From Octopus sinensis (lineage: Eukaryota): 64,000 nucleotides of DNA. Within the stretch, counting starts at the first letter, position 1; each line of letters starts with the position of its first letter. The translations under genes were made by a program, and so were the position numbers. The stretch covers positions 25,854,001 through 25,918,000 of the forward strand of contig NC_043000.1 in the NCBI RefSeq assembly GCF_006345805.1, written 5' to 3'. The notes beneath the pieces are model-generated. The model was not told the origin of the DNA. It saw only the letters and a list, made by a program, of their open reading frames with translations, and made no database searches. Shown here piece after piece: positions 62,181 through 64,000 of the stretch.

Positions 62181-62292
62181 GTATGCAAGTTTTAAAGTCA
62201 AACAGGAAGTTATATTTGTTTTGCAAACTAAAAGTGATAGTAATGTAGTGCAAAAAGGGAGGCTAAGCACATATAAGTACAATACAAGCAGC

Positions 62293-62483
62293 ATCATCAC
62301 TGATTCATTCATCACTGATTCATTCATCACTGGTTTATTCATCACTGGTTTATTCATCACTGATACATTCATCACTGATACATTCATCACTGGTTTATTC
62401 ATCACTGATACATTCATCACTGATACATTCATCACTGGTTCATTAATCACTAGTTCATTCACCATTGGTTCATTCATACTGAT
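62293..62483. repeat. 15-bp minisatellite, ~12 copies
   Basis: TTCATCACTGATACA / TTCATCACTGGTTTA variants. Confidence 0.9.
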
Positions 62484-63371
62484 ATGTGATAACATGGTAT
62501 GTTCAGTTGTTACACAACAACTTTGCAGTTACCTTGGAGTCATCTGAAATAACATGGGGTGGTGGTCAAAGCTTCTGCTTGTATCACAAAATACTTCCCA
62601 GCAACCACCCACAATGCTCAGCTATCCAGAATGTACTGACTATTGTTTGTGTTTACACGACCATGCTGTTGTTTTTAATAGATTTATGTATTGTACCCAT
62701 CAACATGGGATCAGTGAACAGGAAGAAATATGAAGGTACCTGGTCCTAACAAACAATACAGAAGAGTGTATTCTCTGAGAAAAGCTAGAAATAATAAAAT
62801 ACTTGATGGTGGAAGCTTCACTGCTTTGGGTTAGGAGTTTACCATTCATTCCATTTAGAAAGTGTGTGTGAATATGATTCATTTATCACTGTTATAAGTG
62901 AGGATAGATGTTTTGGGATTAGAGTGAAGACTTGTTGATTTTAGATGAAAACCTAAATTGTTATAGGTTTCTGTTTGATTGGTTTCAATAAATGACTGTT
63001 TGTAGAATGTGTGTTGTAAAGAGTATTGGCTGCGAGCCTCGGAACCAGATATAGGCTACATCTGTTTGGCCAGGGCTAACTGGGCCAAGAAATGCTTGAC
63101 CATCATTCTTTGTCTACCCCTATGCTTAGTCATGCAACCTCAGTTATATTTTTGATTTCAAATCCAAAAACATCGTATCAGTGGTTTCTCAACTGTTTTT
63201 TTCCCCCACAGAACCTCCCTTGATCCTTATTTCACTTGGATGTATCCTCATAACCATTTGATGTTTAAAAAATCCTATTATGTTTTTACAATTAAATGTT
63301 ATTAGAAATTCTTTAAAAAAAAAATTTTAATGTTTTGTGTATTGTTGAATTATAAACCAATTTATATAAAT

Positions 63372-63405
63372 ACTAGCAGCTAAACCCGGTTTCACCCAGT
63401 CTGTT
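63372..63405 (-). mobile_element. Helitron-like 3' terminus
   Basis: ACTAGCAGCTAAACCCGGTTTCACCCAG resembles the reverse complement of the end of 8658-9047 (hairpin plus CTAG|T). Confidence 0.4.
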
Positions 63406-63450
63406 TGGATGATGTGGTTGTGATTGTTTTTGGTTAGGCATAATCTATAA

Positions 63451-63852
63451 CAGTGTTTCTCAACCTTATCATTTCGGGTCCCCTGTTTTGATTGGACCCT
63501 CCAGCTGTATGAATATTTGCTGACTCCCCCCACCCCTGTCAGAAAACAGCTTCAGGAGTTGTGAAAAAAGAATTTGTACATAGTCTGGGGGAATTCCATT
63601 AGAAAAAGTTTTAATCGATTTTCTTGGTAAGTATGGGGGCCAGGAAAAAAATACAAACTGCATTCCAATCTATGCACCTGTCTCCACATGTGTGCCATTT
63701 TTCACGTGAATCAACCCCGCCGTTTGGCTGTGAACCTCAAGACAAGAAAGAATACAACGATCGCCCATGTCCAATTTATATTATAGATTAATGACAGAAT
63801 CTTATTTGGTCCTCCAAGGGCCATATGGATGGACCCCAATTGAAAACCTCTG
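63451..63852. mobile_element. hAT-like MITE relic
   Basis: CAGTGTTTCTCAACC ... TTGAAAACCTCTG termini; the expected 8-bp TSD is not preserved. Confidence 0.4.
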
Positions 63853-64000
63853 TATTGACCAAATGAGACCAAGGTGACATGGAAGACTAATTTTTGTACA
63901 TGTGAAGCATTCAAGATTTTAATGACAGATTGAGATCTGCTACATGTAAAGATTGAAATTGTAATTTACCGCAAGCATAAATTTTCTTGGGTTTTTATTT

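Noticed and set aside
62031-62547. ORFs with (ITDTF)n / (MNVSV)n repeats
   Set aside because: The 15-bp minisatellite is open on both strands; the rest of the ORF is an RTE 3' tail.

Overview
AT-rich, very repeat-dense eukaryotic genomic DNA. The SINE, RTE and CR1 families and the microsatellite style look like an Octopus genome; this is by recognition only, no search was run. No complete protein-coding gene is visible, and nearly all ORFs in the track are microsatellite or low-complexity read-throughs. Main content: many copies of several tRNA-derived SINEs, RTE and CR1 LINE remnants, mariner/Tc1 relics and MITEs (Tc1-, pogo-, piggyBac- and Merlin-like), non-autonomous Helitrons, a solo LTR, and three Penelope-like element (PLE) GIY-YIG endonuclease relics. 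The stand-out feature is a 5.0-kb head-to-tail array (35701-40703) of about 9.4 near-identical ~532-bp non-coding units embedded in (TA)n. Each full unit carries a type I hammerhead ribozyme on the minus strand (7 of 9 with fully intact cores). This is a retrozyme-like array predicted to self-process into ~532-nt monomers and possibly circular RNAs. Further hammerhead or hammerhead-relic motifs from unrelated PLE-type families occur across the window, including two inside a ~365-bp palindrome. A candidate plus-strand ATG-bearing exon (donor at 57400/57401) followed by an 11-nt microexon (58220-58230) may mark the 5' end of a host gene.
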